A stretch of 64,000 nucleotides of DNA. Source: Mycobacteriales bacterium (lineage in GTDB: Bacteria; Actinomycetota; Actinomycetes; Mycobacteriales; SCTD01). The DNA lies in contig JBKJQN010000082.1 of assembly GCA_046593925.1 (NCBI GenBank), forward strand, positions 126-64,125, written 5' to 3'. Within the stretch, counting starts at the first letter, position 1, and every line of letters starts with the position of its first letter. Position numbers and translations under genes: made by a program. Below the pieces are notes generated by a model. The model had not been told where the DNA came from. It was given only the letters and a program-made list of their open reading frames with translations, and did no database searches. This document shows positions 44,173 through 53,449 of the stretch, in pieces.

Positions 44173-45033
44173 CTACGCGCTCTTGCGCGACCGGGTCTTC
44201 GGGGCGCGTTTTGCAGCCCGCTTCGTCGGCGCGGCCGCCGGCGCGGCCTGCTCCGGTCGGCCCTTCCTGGCTGCCTCGACGCTGGCCCGGAGCGCCGCCA
44301 TCAGGTCCACGACAGTGCCCGCCGTCGGCTGCGCGTCAGCGGGCTGCACGACCTCCCGGCCGGCGACCTTGGCGTCGATGACCTCCTGGAGGGCCTCGCG
44401 GTAGCTGTCCCGGTACTGGCCAGGGTCGAAGTCACCCGACAGCGTCTCGATCAGCGAGCCGGCCATCGCCAACTCCTGCGGACGCACCTCGACCTCCTCG
44501 TCCAGGAAGCCGAAGTCGGGGGTGCGCACCTCGTCCGGCCACAGCATCGTCTCCAGGACGAAGATTCCGTCCCGGACCCGCAGCGTCGCCAGCGACTCCC
44601 GGTTGCGCAGCACCACCTTGACGATGGCGACCTTGCCCGACTCCGCGAGCGCGTCGCGCAGCAGGGCGTACGGCTTGACGCCGGTCTTGTCGGGCTCGAG
44701 GTAGTAGCTCTTCTCGAAGTAGATCGGGTCGACCTGCTCCAAGGGGACAAACTGCAGTACGTCGATCGCGCGGCTGGTCGTCAGCGGCAGGTCCTTGAAG
44801 TCCTCGTCGGTGAGCACGACCGTCTCGCCGCTGGACAGCTCGTAGCCCTTGGCGATCTCGCCGTAGGGCACCTCCTCGCCGTCGACGGCGGAGACCCGCT
44901 TGTACTTGATGCGGCTGCCGTCACTGCGGCGCACCTGGTGGAAGGACACGTCCTTCGCCTCGGTGGCGCTATACAGCTTCACCGGGATCGTGACCAGCCC
45001 GAAGCTGATCGCACCTTTCCAGATCGACCTCAC
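44173..45033 (-). CDS. ku: Ku protein (NHEJ)
   Basis: The product starts MRSIWKGAISFGLVTIPVKLYSAT and has a basic Lys/Ala tail. Confidence 0.95.
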   Translation of the reverse strand: MRSIWKGAISFGLVTIPVKLYSATEAKDVSFHQVRRSDGSRIKYKRVSAVDGEEVPYGEIAKGYELSSGETVVLTDEDFKDLPLTTSRAIDVLQFVPLEQVDPIYFEKSYYLEPDKTGVKPYALLRDALAESGKVAIVKVVLRNRESLATLRVRDGIFVLETMLWPDEVRTPDFGFLDEEVEVRPQELAMAGSLIETLSGDFDPGQYRDSYREALQEVIDAKVAGREVVQPADAQPTAGTVVDLMAALRASVEAARKGRPEQAAPAAAPTKRAAKRAPKTRSRKSA

Positions 45034-45050
45034 GACACTCCCCCTACCCG

Positions 45051-46022
45051 TTGCGCACGATCATGCACGGGTATGGGCCCGCCGTGAACCTGGCACCGAT
45101 GCTTGCGACGACCGGCGCGCTCCCGGCCGACGACGGCCGCTGGGCGTACGAGGTGAAGTGGGACGGCGCACGCGCGCTGGTGACCGTCGACGGCGGCCAC
45201 CTGTCCATCGCTTCCCGGGCAGGCAACGACATCACCTCGTCCTACCCGGAGCTGCGCGGCCTCGGGGAGCAAATCGGCACCCGGTCTGTCGTGCTGGACG
45301 GGGAAGTCGTGGCGTTCGGATCCAGCGGCATACCGGACTTCGGGCTGCTCCAGTCGCGCATGCACGTGACAAGGCCCGGCGCCGGGCTGCTCACGGCGAC
45401 ACCCGTGACCTACCTGGTCTTCGACCTGCTGTTCGCCGGCGGGGTGGCGTTGCTCGACCTGCCGTACGACCAGCGGCGGGCGGCCCTCGACGCGCTGCAA
45501 CTCGGCGGGGCGCACTGGCAGGTGCCGCCGTCCTTCCCCGACGACGGTGCGGCCCTGCTCGCCTCCACCCGCGAGCAGGGACTCGAGGGTGTCGTGGCCA
45601 AGCGCCGCGACAGCACGTACGTCCCGGGCCGCCGCAGCGAACACTGGGTCAAGGTGAAGAACCTGCGCCGGCAGAACGCGGTCGTGATCGGCTGGAAGCC
45701 CGGCGAGGGCGGCCGGGCCGGCCGGATCGGCTCGCTTCTGCTGGCCGTCAACGGCGCGACCGGCCTGCTGTACGCCGGGCACGTCGGCACCGGCTTCAGC
45801 GCGGAAGTGCTGCGCCTGCTCGGCCGGCTGCTGGAGCCGCTGGCGACTGACGACCAGCCCTGCCCCGTGCCCCGCGAGTACGCCCGCGTCGCCCGCTGGG
45901 TGCGACCCGAGGTCATCGCCGAGGTCGAGTTCACCGGCTGGACGAAGGACGGCCGGCTACGGCACCCGTCGTACCGGGGGCTGCGCGACGATCTGCGGGT
46001 GACGGACCTGGTGCGCGAGTGA
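45051..46022 (+). CDS. ligD: ATP-dependent DNA ligase, LigD ligase-domain-only protein
   Basis: It has LAPMLAT and the adenylation motif EVKWDGAR. The start is ATG 45051 or 45063. Confidence 0.85.
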   Translation: MRTIMHGYGPAVNLAPMLATTGALPADDGRWAYEVKWDGARALVTVDGGHLSIASRAGNDITSSYPELRGLGEQIGTRSVVLDGEVVAFGSSGIPDFGLLQSRMHVTRPGAGLLTATPVTYLVFDLLFAGGVALLDLPYDQRRAALDALQLGGAHWQVPPSFPDDGAALLASTREQGLEGVVAKRRDSTYVPGRRSEHWVKVKNLRRQNAVVIGWKPGEGGRAGRIGSLLLAVNGATGLLYAGHVGTGFSAEVLRLLGRLLEPLATDDQPCPVPREYARVARWVRPEVIAEVEFTGWTKDGRLRHPSYRGLRDDLRVTDLVRE

Positions 46023-46900
46023 GCGGGACGAAGGTCGTGGTCGATGTCGAGGGCCGCCAGCTGGCCCTGACCAACCTGGAGAAGGTGCTGTATCCCTCGG
46101 TCGGCTTCACGAAGGGACAGGTGCTGGACTACTACACGCGCGTCGCGACGGTGCTGCTCCCGCACCTGGCCGGCCGGGCGCTGACCCGCAAGCGCTACCC
46201 GAACGGCGTGGACGGCCAGCCCTTCTTCGAGAAGAACGCGCCCCGGGGCACCCCGGACTGGATACGCGTCGTGACGCTGCCGTCGCCGGGCTCGACCAAG
46301 GGCCGGGACACCATCGACTACACCGTCGTCGACTCGCTGGCGGCCCTGGTGTGGACGGCCAACCTGGCGAGCCTGGAGCTGCACACCCACCAGTGGCGGG
46401 TCGACTCCCGCGCCCCTGACCTTGTCGTGTTCGACCTGGACCCCGGGCCGCCGGCGACGGTCGTGGAGTGCTGCGCGGTGGCGCTGCTGCTGCACGATGC
46501 GCTGCGGGCCGACGGGTTCGACGCCGTGGCCAAGACGTCCGGGAGCAAGGGTCTGCAGCTGTACGCCCGGGCCGGCGACCTGGCGTCCAGCGACGAGGCG
46601 TCGGCGTACGCGAAAGCCCTGGCGCAGCGCTTCGAGGCCAGCCACCCCGAGCTGGTGGTCCATCGGATGACCAAAGCCCTGCGGCCCGGCAAGGTGCTGC
46701 TCGACTGGTCTCAGAACAGCGCGGCGAAGACGACGGTCAGCGTCTACTCGCTGCGGGCCCGGGACCGGCCGACGGTGTCGACGCCGGTGACCTGGGACGA
46801 GGTCGCGGACTGCACCTCGCCGGCCGACCTGGTGTTCACCAGCGACGACGTGCTGGCCCGGGTCGCCGAGCACGGCGACCTGTTCGCGCCCCTGCTCTGA
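46019..46900 (+). CDS. LigD polymerase/primase (PolDom) stand-alone protein
   Basis: There is a GTGA overlap with the ligase gene. Motifs are RKRYPNGVDGQPFFEKN, VFDLDPG and KTSGSKGLQLY. Confidence 0.85.
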   Translation: MSGTKVVVDVEGRQLALTNLEKVLYPSVGFTKGQVLDYYTRVATVLLPHLAGRALTRKRYPNGVDGQPFFEKNAPRGTPDWIRVVTLPSPGSTKGRDTIDYTVVDSLAALVWTANLASLELHTHQWRVDSRAPDLVVFDLDPGPPATVVECCAVALLLHDALRADGFDAVAKTSGSKGLQLYARAGDLASSDEASAYAKALAQRFEASHPELVVHRMTKALRPGKVLLDWSQNSAAKTTVSVYSLRARDRPTVSTPVTWDEVADCTSPADLVFTSDDVLARVAEHGDLFAPLL

Positions 46901-46997
46901 CCCCGCCCGTTGCCGCCGGGCAGCTGCGCAGGGCTGGGCGGGGCGGCCCGCCGGCAGTACGGTCCCGGCACCCGCACGGCGATCCAGTGGAGGCGAA

Positions 46998-47240
46998 GTG
47001 ACCGGCGTACCGGCTCGCGAGCTGAAGGACGAGGCCCTCGAGCGCGAGCTCGAGCACCTGCACGAGACCCGCCACGACACGTTCCTGCACGGCAGCGAGG
47101 ACGCCCTGGCGTTCCACTCCTCCCGGACGGCCGAGCTCGAGACGGACTACCTGCGGCGCAACCCCGATCGGGTCATCGACGCCCGGCGCACCCGGATCGG
47201 CAACCGCGAGCTCGCCGGGCAGGAGCCGGCCGCTCGGTAG
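46998..47240 (+). CDS. conserved actinobacterial small protein (DUF6158-like)
   Basis: GGAGG lies 5 nt before the GTG. The 80-aa product has LEHLHETRHDTFLHGSEDAL and high GC3. Confidence 0.6.
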   Translation: MTGVPARELKDEALERELEHLHETRHDTFLHGSEDALAFHSSRTAELETDYLRRNPDRVIDARRTRIGNRELAGQEPAAR

Positions 47241-47249
47241 GCTCGGCCC

Positions 47250-47897
47250 GTGACGAAGGTGACCGGCAGCGGCAGGGACGTACCCGCTCCGCGCGGGACC
47301 CGGCTGCCCCGGCCGGCCCGCCGCAAGCAGCTGCTCGGCGCCGCCCAGGAGGTCTTCGTCGCGCAGGGCTACCACGCGGCAGCGATGGACGAGATCGCCG
47401 AGCGCGCCGGGGTGAGCAAACCGGTGCTGTACCAGCACTTCCCCGGCAAGCTCGAGCTCTACCTGGCGCTGCTCGACCAGCACGCCGACGACCTGGTCGC
47501 CAAGGTCCGCGGCGCGCTGCTGTCCACGACGGACAACCGCCAGCGCGTCGAGGCGTCGGTCGCGGCCTACGTCGACTTCGTGGACGGCGGTGACACCGAT
47601 CGTGAGGGCGCGTTCCGGCTGGTGTTCGAGAGCGACCTGAAGAGCGAGCCGGCCGTCCGCGAGCGGGTCGAGCGGATGACATCGGAGTGCGTAGAGGCGA
47701 TCGCCCAGACGATCGCGCACGACACCGGCTTCCGTGAGGAGGATGCGCTGCTGCTGTCGGTCGGACTGGTCGGCCTGGCCGAGGTCGGCGCGCGCTGGTG
47801 GCTCGCGACGGACGGCCGGCTGTCGAAGCAGCGCGCCGTCGAGCTGCTCGTCGGGCTGGCCTGGCGCGGCATCTCCGGCGCCCCACTGACCGCCTGA
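47250..47897 (+). CDS. TetR/AcrR-family transcriptional regulator
   Basis: The HTH is GYHAAAMDEIAERAGVSKPVLYQHFPGK. It sits upstream of DUF3107, as does Rv3208. Confidence 0.9.
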   Translation: MTKVTGSGRDVPAPRGTRLPRPARRKQLLGAAQEVFVAQGYHAAAMDEIAERAGVSKPVLYQHFPGKLELYLALLDQHADDLVAKVRGALLSTTDNRQRVEASVAAYVDFVDGGDTDREGAFRLVFESDLKSEPAVRERVERMTSECVEAIAQTIAHDTGFREEDALLLSVGLVGLAEVGARWWLATDGRLSKQRAVELLVGLAWRGISGAPLTA

Positions 47898-47987
47898 CGT
47901 TGCGCTCTACGCGTAGCCGACCGTCCGGCGCTGCCCGGCCGGGCTAGCCTTCGGCCACACTCAACTATTTCGATGGAGGACCCTGCG

Positions 47988-48215
47988 GTGGAGGTCAAGA
48001 TCGGCGTCCAGTACGCCGTGCGCGAGCTGGTCCTGGAGAGCGCGCAGAGCCCCGACGACGTCGCCAAGGCCGTCTCCGACGCGCTGAAGGCCGACATCGG
48101 CGTCCTCACGCTGGTCGACGAGAAGGGCCGGCGAGTGCTGGTACCGGCCGACAAGCTGGCCTACGTCGAGATCGCCGAGAGCGAGCAGCGCCGGGTGGGC
48201 TTCGGCGCGATGTAG
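47988..48215 (+). CDS. DUF3107 domain protein (TB9.4/Rv3208A-like)
   Basis: GGAGGA lies 7 nt before GTG 47988. The product is VEVKIGVQYAVRELVLES...LAYVEI. Confidence 0.8.
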   Translation: MEVKIGVQYAVRELVLESAQSPDDVAKAVSDALKADIGVLTLVDEKGRRVLVPADKLAYVEIAESEQRRVGFGAM

Positions 48216-48230
48216 CTGGGCTCGCGGACT

Positions 48231-48852
48231 GTGTCGCGCAGTCGTCGCGATGCCGAGATGCCGTGGCCGCGCCTGCACGACGACCAGGTCGACATCGACG
48301 AGGGCCTCGTCCGGCGGCTGCTCGCCGGCCAGCACCCCGAGCTCGCAGTGCAGCCCCTGACGACGGTCACCTCCGGTGGGACCGACAACGCGGTGTACCG
48401 GCTCGGCCAGGAGCTCGCGGTCCGGCTGCCACTGCGCCCGGAGGCTGTCGGCGGTCTGCTCACGGAGATCCGCTACCCGCCGGTGGTGGCGCCGCACCTG
48501 CCGCTGCCGGTCCCGGAGGTCGTTGTCGTCGGCGAGCCCACGGACGCGTACCCGTTCCCGTGGGCGGTTGTCCGCTGGCTGGCCGGCGAGGACGCCGCGA
48601 CGGGCCGTGCTGTCCGACACGGCCTGCGTCGCGGCGGTCTGTGACGACGCGCTGGCCGCGACGGCGTGGACCGGGCGACCGGTCTGACGCTGCGTGGCGG
48701 CGGGCCTGCGGCCTGGCGCTGCGTGGCGGCGGGCCTGCGGGCTGGTCATCTCCAGTGGGGTGATCGCGCTGCCGTACTACCTGACGACGAACCCGGCGAT
48801 GGTGGCCGTCGCCCGGCGCGGCATCGCGGCCGCGCTGGCAGACGACTACTAG
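48231..48852 (+). pseudogene. aminoglycoside-phosphotransferase-family pseudogene (internal deletion, frameshifts, 29-bp duplication)
   Basis: The N-lobe is intact to WAVVRWLAGED (GGTDNAVYRLG, LPLPVPE) and is then stopped at 48642. The C-terminal end, IALPYYLTTNPAMVAVARRGIAAALADDY*, is in another frame. The catalytic HGD region is absent. Confidence 0.7.
48689..48746. repeat. 29-bp tandem duplication inside the APH pseudogene
   Basis: gctgcgtggcggcgggcctgcggcctggc (48689-48717) is followed by gctgcgtggcggcgggcctgcgggctggt (48718-48746), 27 of 29 identical. Confidence 0.95.
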
Positions 48853-48903
48853 ACGGGTGCAGGCCGGGCATCCTCTGCCGTGGCAGCCCCGCGGGACAGA
48901 CAA

Positions 48904-48969
48904 CTTGCACCTCGCAACATCATCGGCCGACGTGAGCGTGCCGTTCCAAATGATGTTTCGAGGTGCAAG
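48904..48969. terminator. 20-bp-arm inverted repeat between convergent genes (putative bidirectional terminator or structured RNA)
   Basis: cttgcacctcgcaacatcat (48904-48923) pairs with atgatgtttcgaggtgcaag (48950-48969), 19 of 20 with a 26-nt loop. It is followed by GCTTTTGTTG on the + strand. The segment is locally AT-richer. Confidence 0.5.
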
Positions 48970-49007
48970 GCTTTTGTTGCGCTGCGCCGGGTGGACCAGC
49001 GCAATCG

Positions 49008-49496
49008 TCAGAGGTGGAGCTTGAGCCCCCGGTGCGAGGCCACGAACCCGAGTCGCTGGTAGAAACGGCCCGCGTCGGTACGCGACGTGTCGGTCGTCAG
49101 CTGAACCAGCGTGCAACCGCGATGACGCGCCTCGGAGACCGCCCACTCGAACAGCACGGCGCCCAGACCTTGCCGGCGGTGGTCTTGGCGTACGCGGACC
49201 GCCTCGATCTGCGCGCGCAGGGCGCCACGACGTGCCAGGCCCGGCAAGAAGCTCAGCTGCATAGTGGCAATCACCGCCGCTGCCTGCGTGGCGACGACGA
49301 GCAGGTGGGCCGGGTCGGCCTGGATCGCCTGGAAGGCGTCAAGGTAGGGCTGCAGCTCCGCCGGGCTACCGGCGCCGTCCCGGATCGCACCGAGCTGGTC
49401 GGCGGCCAGCAACGACACGACTGCCGGGACGTCGTCCGCCACGGCTGCCCGCAGCACGTACGGCCTGCCCCCGACGGTCAACCGGGCCGGCACCAC
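49008..49496 (-). CDS. GNAT-family N-acetyltransferase
   Basis: It has VRVRQDHRRQGLGAVLFEWAVSEARHRGC and YQRLGF. The start is uncertain (GTG 49496/49493/49514). The track ORF extends to 49616. Confidence 0.8.
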   Translation of the reverse strand: MVPARLTVGGRPYVLRAAVADDVPAVVSLLAADQLGAIRDGAGSPAELQPYLDAFQAIQADPAHLLVVATQAAAVIATMQLSFLPGLARRGALRAQIEAVRVRQDHRRQGLGAVLFEWAVSEARHRGCTLVQLTTDTSRTDAGRFYQRLGFVASHRGLKLHL

Positions 49497-49628
49497 CCGA
49501 TCAGCCTGCCTCACACGCTCTGGTGCAGCAGCCAGGACGTGTCGGCAAGCGGCTGCGTGCAGGCCTGGCAAGTGGCTGGTTGGCCGAGCAGCTCCCCCAC
49601 CCGTCGGCCCGCGCACGTACCGAACCTC

Positions 49629-50297
49629 TCAGGCCGCAAGACCGACAGCAGCCATCCGGGCGGTGTGGTTGTCAGTGAGCCGGTTGAGCAGGCGCACGAT
49701 GCCGGCGAGGTCACCCTGGCCGACCAGCAGCTCGGTCAGCGCGTCCCGCTCGACCGCGACGCGCTGGGCCTGGATGAGGGCCTCGCCCATCAGCCGGCGG
49801 CCCCAGAGCGCCAGCCGGCCGGCGACCGCGGGCTCGCGGGCGATCGCCTCGTTGACCCGCGCGACGGCGAACGCCGCCTGGCCCGTGTCGGCGAGCACCT
49901 CGAGCACCAGTGCCTGCGTCGTCGGGTCCTGCAGGGAACCGGCCACCTCACGGTAGAAGTCGGTCGCCAAGCCATCTCCGACGTACGCCTTGAGCAGCCC
50001 CTCCAGCCAGTCGTTGGGCTCGGTCGAGTCGTGGAAGTCGTCCAGCGGTCGTACAAAGGGCTCCATCGCCGCCGCCGGGTCGATGCCAGCTGCCGCGAGG
50101 TAGTCGCGCAGCGCCAGGAAGTGGCCGAACTCCGCCGCCGCCATCGTCGCCAGCGCGACCTTGTCGGCCACCGACGGCGCCAGCCGGGCGTCGCTGGCGA
50201 GGCGCTCGAAGGCGGTGAGCTCGCCGTACGCGAGTACGCCCAGCAGGTCGGCGGTCGCCGCGTCCAGTCCTGTCGACACCGTGGCCTCCTTCGACAT
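49629..50297 (-). CDS. ferritin-like fold protein (Rv3210c-region-like)
   Basis: From ATG 50297 the product is MSKEATVSTGLDAATADLLGVLAYGELTAFERLA...AAEFGHF. It has helical repeats typical of a ferritin-like domain. Confidence 0.65.
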   Translation of the reverse strand: MSKEATVSTGLDAATADLLGVLAYGELTAFERLASDARLAPSVADKVALATMAAAEFGHFLALRDYLAAAGIDPAAAMEPFVRPLDDFHDSTEPNDWLEGLLKAYVGDGLATDFYREVAGSLQDPTTQALVLEVLADTGQAAFAVARVNEAIAREPAVAGRLALWGRRLMGEALIQAQRVAVERDALTELLVGQGDLAGIVRLLNRLTDNHTARMAAVGLAA

Positions 50298-50426
50298 CCC
50301 CGCCGATCCGATCTTAGCGGTAGGCTCTGCCACATCGGAGCGGCACACGCCGCCCCGCACCGTGTGCGCGGACCGCCTCCCCGTGGCGCGCCGGTGGGCC
50401 CTGCCGTCCTCGTTCCGAGTCGCGCC

Positions 50427-52109
50427 GTGGGGCTACCGCTGCGAGCCACACCGCCGGCGCCGCGCGGAACGAGAGGCACGACGCTGAGCACGAGCACCGA
50501 CACCACCGATCTCCCCGACAGCCCCGACACCACCGAACTCTCCAACGGCTTCGCCGCCATCGGCGCCCGCCCCGAGACCGTGGCGGCGCTCGCCGCCGTC
50601 GGCATCACCCAGCCGTTCGCGATCCAGACGATGACGCTGCCGATCGCCCTGGCCGGCCAGGACCTGATCGGCCAGGCCCGCACCGGCACCGGCAAGACGC
50701 TGGGCTTCGGAGTACCGCTCCTGCAGAACATCAAGAACAAGGCCGAGGGCAGCAACGGCGTGCCGCAGGCGCTCGTCGTGGTGCCGACCCGCGAGCTGTG
50801 CGTGCAGGTGGCCAGCGACCTGGAGATCGCCGGCAAGACCCGCGGTATCCGGGTGCAGACGATCTACGGCGGCCGGGCCTTCGAGCCGCAGGTCGAGTCC
50901 CTCAGGCGTGGCGTCGAGATCGTGGTCGGCACCCCCGGTCGGCTGCTCGACCTGGCCCGCCAGGGCCACCTGAACCTCGGACAGGTCGAGTGCCTGGTGC
51001 TCGACGAGGCCGACGAGATGCTCGACCTGGGCTTCCTGCCCGACGTCGAGCGCATCCTGGAGCAGACCCCGACCGAGCGCCAGACCATGCTGTTCTCAGC
51101 GACGATGCCGGGCCCGGTCGTCACGATGGCGCGCCGGTTCATGCGCCAGCCGACACACATCCGTGCGGAGGAGGCGAACGAGAACCGCACCGTCCCCGAG
51201 ACGCAGATCTTCGTCTACCGCGCGCACGCCATGGACAAGGGCGAGGTGCTGGCCCGCATCCTGCAGTCGCAGGGCCGCGGGCTGACGATGGTGTTCTGCC
51301 GTACCAAGCGGACCTGCGACAAGGTTGCGGCCGACATGGTCGACCGGGGCTTTGCCGCGGCGGCGGTGCACGGCGACCTCGGGCAGGGCGCCCGGGAGCA
51401 GGCCCTGCGGGCCTTCCGGTCCGGCAAGATCGACGTCCTTGTCGCGACCGACGTCGCGGCCCGCGGGATCGACGTACAGGACGTCACACACGTCATCAAC
51501 TACCAGTGCCCGGACGACGAGCGCACCTTCCTGCACCGCATCGGGCGTACCGGGCGAGCCGGCGCCAAGGGCGTCGCCGTGACGTTCGTCGACTGGGACG
51601 ACATCCCCAAGTGGGGCCTGATCAACAAGGCCCTGGACCTGTCGTTCGCCGAGGTCCCGGAGACCTACAGCTCCAGCTCGCACCTGTACGCCGACCTGCA
51701 CATCCCGGCCGGTACGACCGGGAAGCTGCCGCGGTCCAGCCGGGTCCGCCAGGGCCTGGACGCCGAGACACTCGAGGACGTCGGCGAGACCGGTCGGCGC
51801 ACCAAGGCCCCCGCCCGCGGACGCGAGCCCGGGCGTGACGGGCGAGAGGGCGGGCGTGACGGTCGCCCGGCCGCCACCCAGGACGACGGCCCACAGCTGC
51901 CTAAGCGCAGTGGCGGCCCGCGTCGGCGTACCCGCGGAGCCGGCGCAGCAGCCGGTGACGCCGACCCGTCAGGTACCGGTCCGACCGCCGGTGCCGGCGA
52001 CGACGGGGCCCGCCGTCGCCGACGTGGCGGCCGTGGTCGCGGTAAGGGCAGCGAGGGCACCGGCACCGCGCCGGCCGCCGATGCCGTGCCGGGGCCCGCG
52101 GGCGACTAG
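50427..52109 (+). CDS. rhlE: DEAD-box ATP-dependent RNA helicase with Arg/Gly-rich tail
   Basis: It has a Q-motif region (FAAIG..PFAIQ), AQARTGTGKT, DEAD, SAT and HRIGRTGRAG. The start is GTG 50427; no ATG lies upstream of the Q motif. The earlier part of track ORF 48963..52109 is non-coding or antisense. Confidence 0.85.
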   Translation: MGLPLRATPPAPRGTRGTTLSTSTDTTDLPDSPDTTELSNGFAAIGARPETVAALAAVGITQPFAIQTMTLPIALAGQDLIGQARTGTGKTLGFGVPLLQNIKNKAEGSNGVPQALVVVPTRELCVQVASDLEIAGKTRGIRVQTIYGGRAFEPQVESLRRGVEIVVGTPGRLLDLARQGHLNLGQVECLVLDEADEMLDLGFLPDVERILEQTPTERQTMLFSATMPGPVVTMARRFMRQPTHIRAEEANENRTVPETQIFVYRAHAMDKGEVLARILQSQGRGLTMVFCRTKRTCDKVAADMVDRGFAAAAVHGDLGQGAREQALRAFRSGKIDVLVATDVAARGIDVQDVTHVINYQCPDDERTFLHRIGRTGRAGAKGVAVTFVDWDDIPKWGLINKALDLSFAEVPETYSSSSHLYADLHIPAGTTGKLPRSSRVRQGLDAETLEDVGETGRRTKAPARGREPGRDGREGGRDGRPAATQDDGPQLPKRSGGPRRRTRGAGAAAGDADPSGTGPTAGAGDDGARRRRRGGRGRGKGSEGTGTAPAADAVPGPAGD

Positions 52110-52113
52110 GCCC

Positions 52114-52617
52114 GTGCGTCTGCTGCTGATCGCCGACACGCACGTCCCACACCGGGCCCATGACCTGCCCGCCGAGGTCTGGGCGGAGGTCGACCGGGCC
52201 GACGTCGTAGTGCACGCCGGTGACTGGGTCGACGTGGCCCTGCTGGACACGTTGCTGGCGCGGGCGGCGCGGTTGCTGGCCTGCTGGGGAAACAACGACG
52301 GTCCGGAGCTGCGGGCCCGCCTGCCGGAGGTCGCGACCGCGGTGCTCGACAGCTTGCGGGTCTCGGTCGTGCACGACACCGGGCCGTCCACCGGCCGGGA
52401 GGCGCGGGCCGCCGCAGTGCACCCCGGCGCCGACCTGCTGGTATTCGGCCACAGCCACATCCCGTGGGACACCGTCGCGCCCGGCGGGCTCCGGCTGCTC
52501 AACCCCGGCTCGCCCACCGACCGGCGCCGCCAGCCGGCCTGCACCTACCTGACCGCGCAGGTCCGCGACGGTGCGCTGGCCGACGTCGAGCTGCACCCGA
52601 TCGCGGCCGCCCGATGA
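52114..52617 (+). CDS. metallophosphoesterase (YfcE-like)
   Basis: From GTG 52114 the product has VRLLLIADTHVP, HAGD, GNNDG and GHSHIP. Confidence 0.85.
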   Translation: MRLLLIADTHVPHRAHDLPAEVWAEVDRADVVVHAGDWVDVALLDTLLARAARLLACWGNNDGPELRARLPEVATAVLDSLRVSVVHDTGPSTGREARAAAVHPGADLLVFGHSHIPWDTVAPGGLRLLNPGSPTDRRRQPACTYLTAQVRDGALADVELHPIAAAR

Positions 52618-53444
52618 GCTGGGTCTGTACGTCGCTGCCACCCGGCGCGCGGCGGACGGCGTACGAGGTGCTTGGCGGAACCCTGGCCGGCATGCAGGTC
52701 GACGGTGACCTCGGGCCGGTCCTACTGGTGCCCGGATTCAGCGGCAGCAAGGAGGACTTCGGGCCGCTGCTACCGCTGCTGGGTGCCGCGGGCTGGCGGG
52801 CCGTGGCCCTGGACCTGCGCGGCCAGAACGAGTCGCCCGGCCCGGACGACCTGACGGCCTACACGGTCGACGCGCTCGCTGCCGAGGTCGCCGAGGTCGT
52901 GGAGCTGCTCGGGCCGCCCGTACACCTGGTCGGCCACAGCTTCGGCGGCCTGGTGGCACGACGGGCCGCGCTCGAGCGGCCGGCCGCCGTCGCGAGCCTC
53001 ACGCTGATGTCGTCCGGCCCGCGGGCACTCACCGGCCCACGGGTCGACATCCTGGATCTGCTGCCCGAGGTGCTCGCGGCCGGCGGGATGGGCGCGGTCG
53101 CCGACGCATCGGAGGCACTGTCGGCCGACGACCCGGCCGGGCAAGACGCCCCGGAGGCGGTTCGGCTCTTCCTGCGGGAGCGCTGGCTCCGGTCGTCCGG
53201 CCCGGGCCTGATCGGGATGGCCGAGGCGCTGCGTTCCGAGCCGGACCGGGTCGACGCCCTGCGGGGCACCGGACTGCCCCTGCTGGTGGTGCACGGCGTC
53301 GATGACGACGCGTGGGACCCCGCGGTCCAGGCGGAGATGGCGCTGCGCCTCGGCGCGGCCTATCGGGTGGTGCGGGGCCGGCACTCCCCCGCGGTCGAGG
53401 ACCCCGAGGGGACAGCGGCCGCGTTGCTGGCCTTCTGGGCCTGA
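52614..53444 (+). CDS. alpha/beta fold hydrolase
   Basis: There is an ATGA overlap with the upstream gene. Motifs are LLVPGFSGSKEDF, GHSFGG and HSPAVEDP. Confidence 0.8.
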   Translation: MSWVCTSLPPGARRTAYEVLGGTLAGMQVDGDLGPVLLVPGFSGSKEDFGPLLPLLGAAGWRAVALDLRGQNESPGPDDLTAYTVDALAAEVAEVVELLGPPVHLVGHSFGGLVARRAALERPAAVASLTLMSSGPRALTGPRVDILDLLPEVLAAGGMGAVADASEALSADDPAGQDAPEAVRLFLRERWLRSSGPGLIGMAEALRSEPDRVDALRGTGLPLLVVHGVDDDAWDPAVQAEMALRLGAAYRVVRGRHSPAVEDPEGTAAALLAFWA

Positions 53445-53449
53445 TCCGG

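Noticed and set aside
48963-50426. Upstream 488 codons of the 1048-aa ORF 48963..52109
   Set aside because: Only the part from about 50427 has DEAD-box motifs. The upstream part is antisense to well-supported GNAT and ferritin-like genes.
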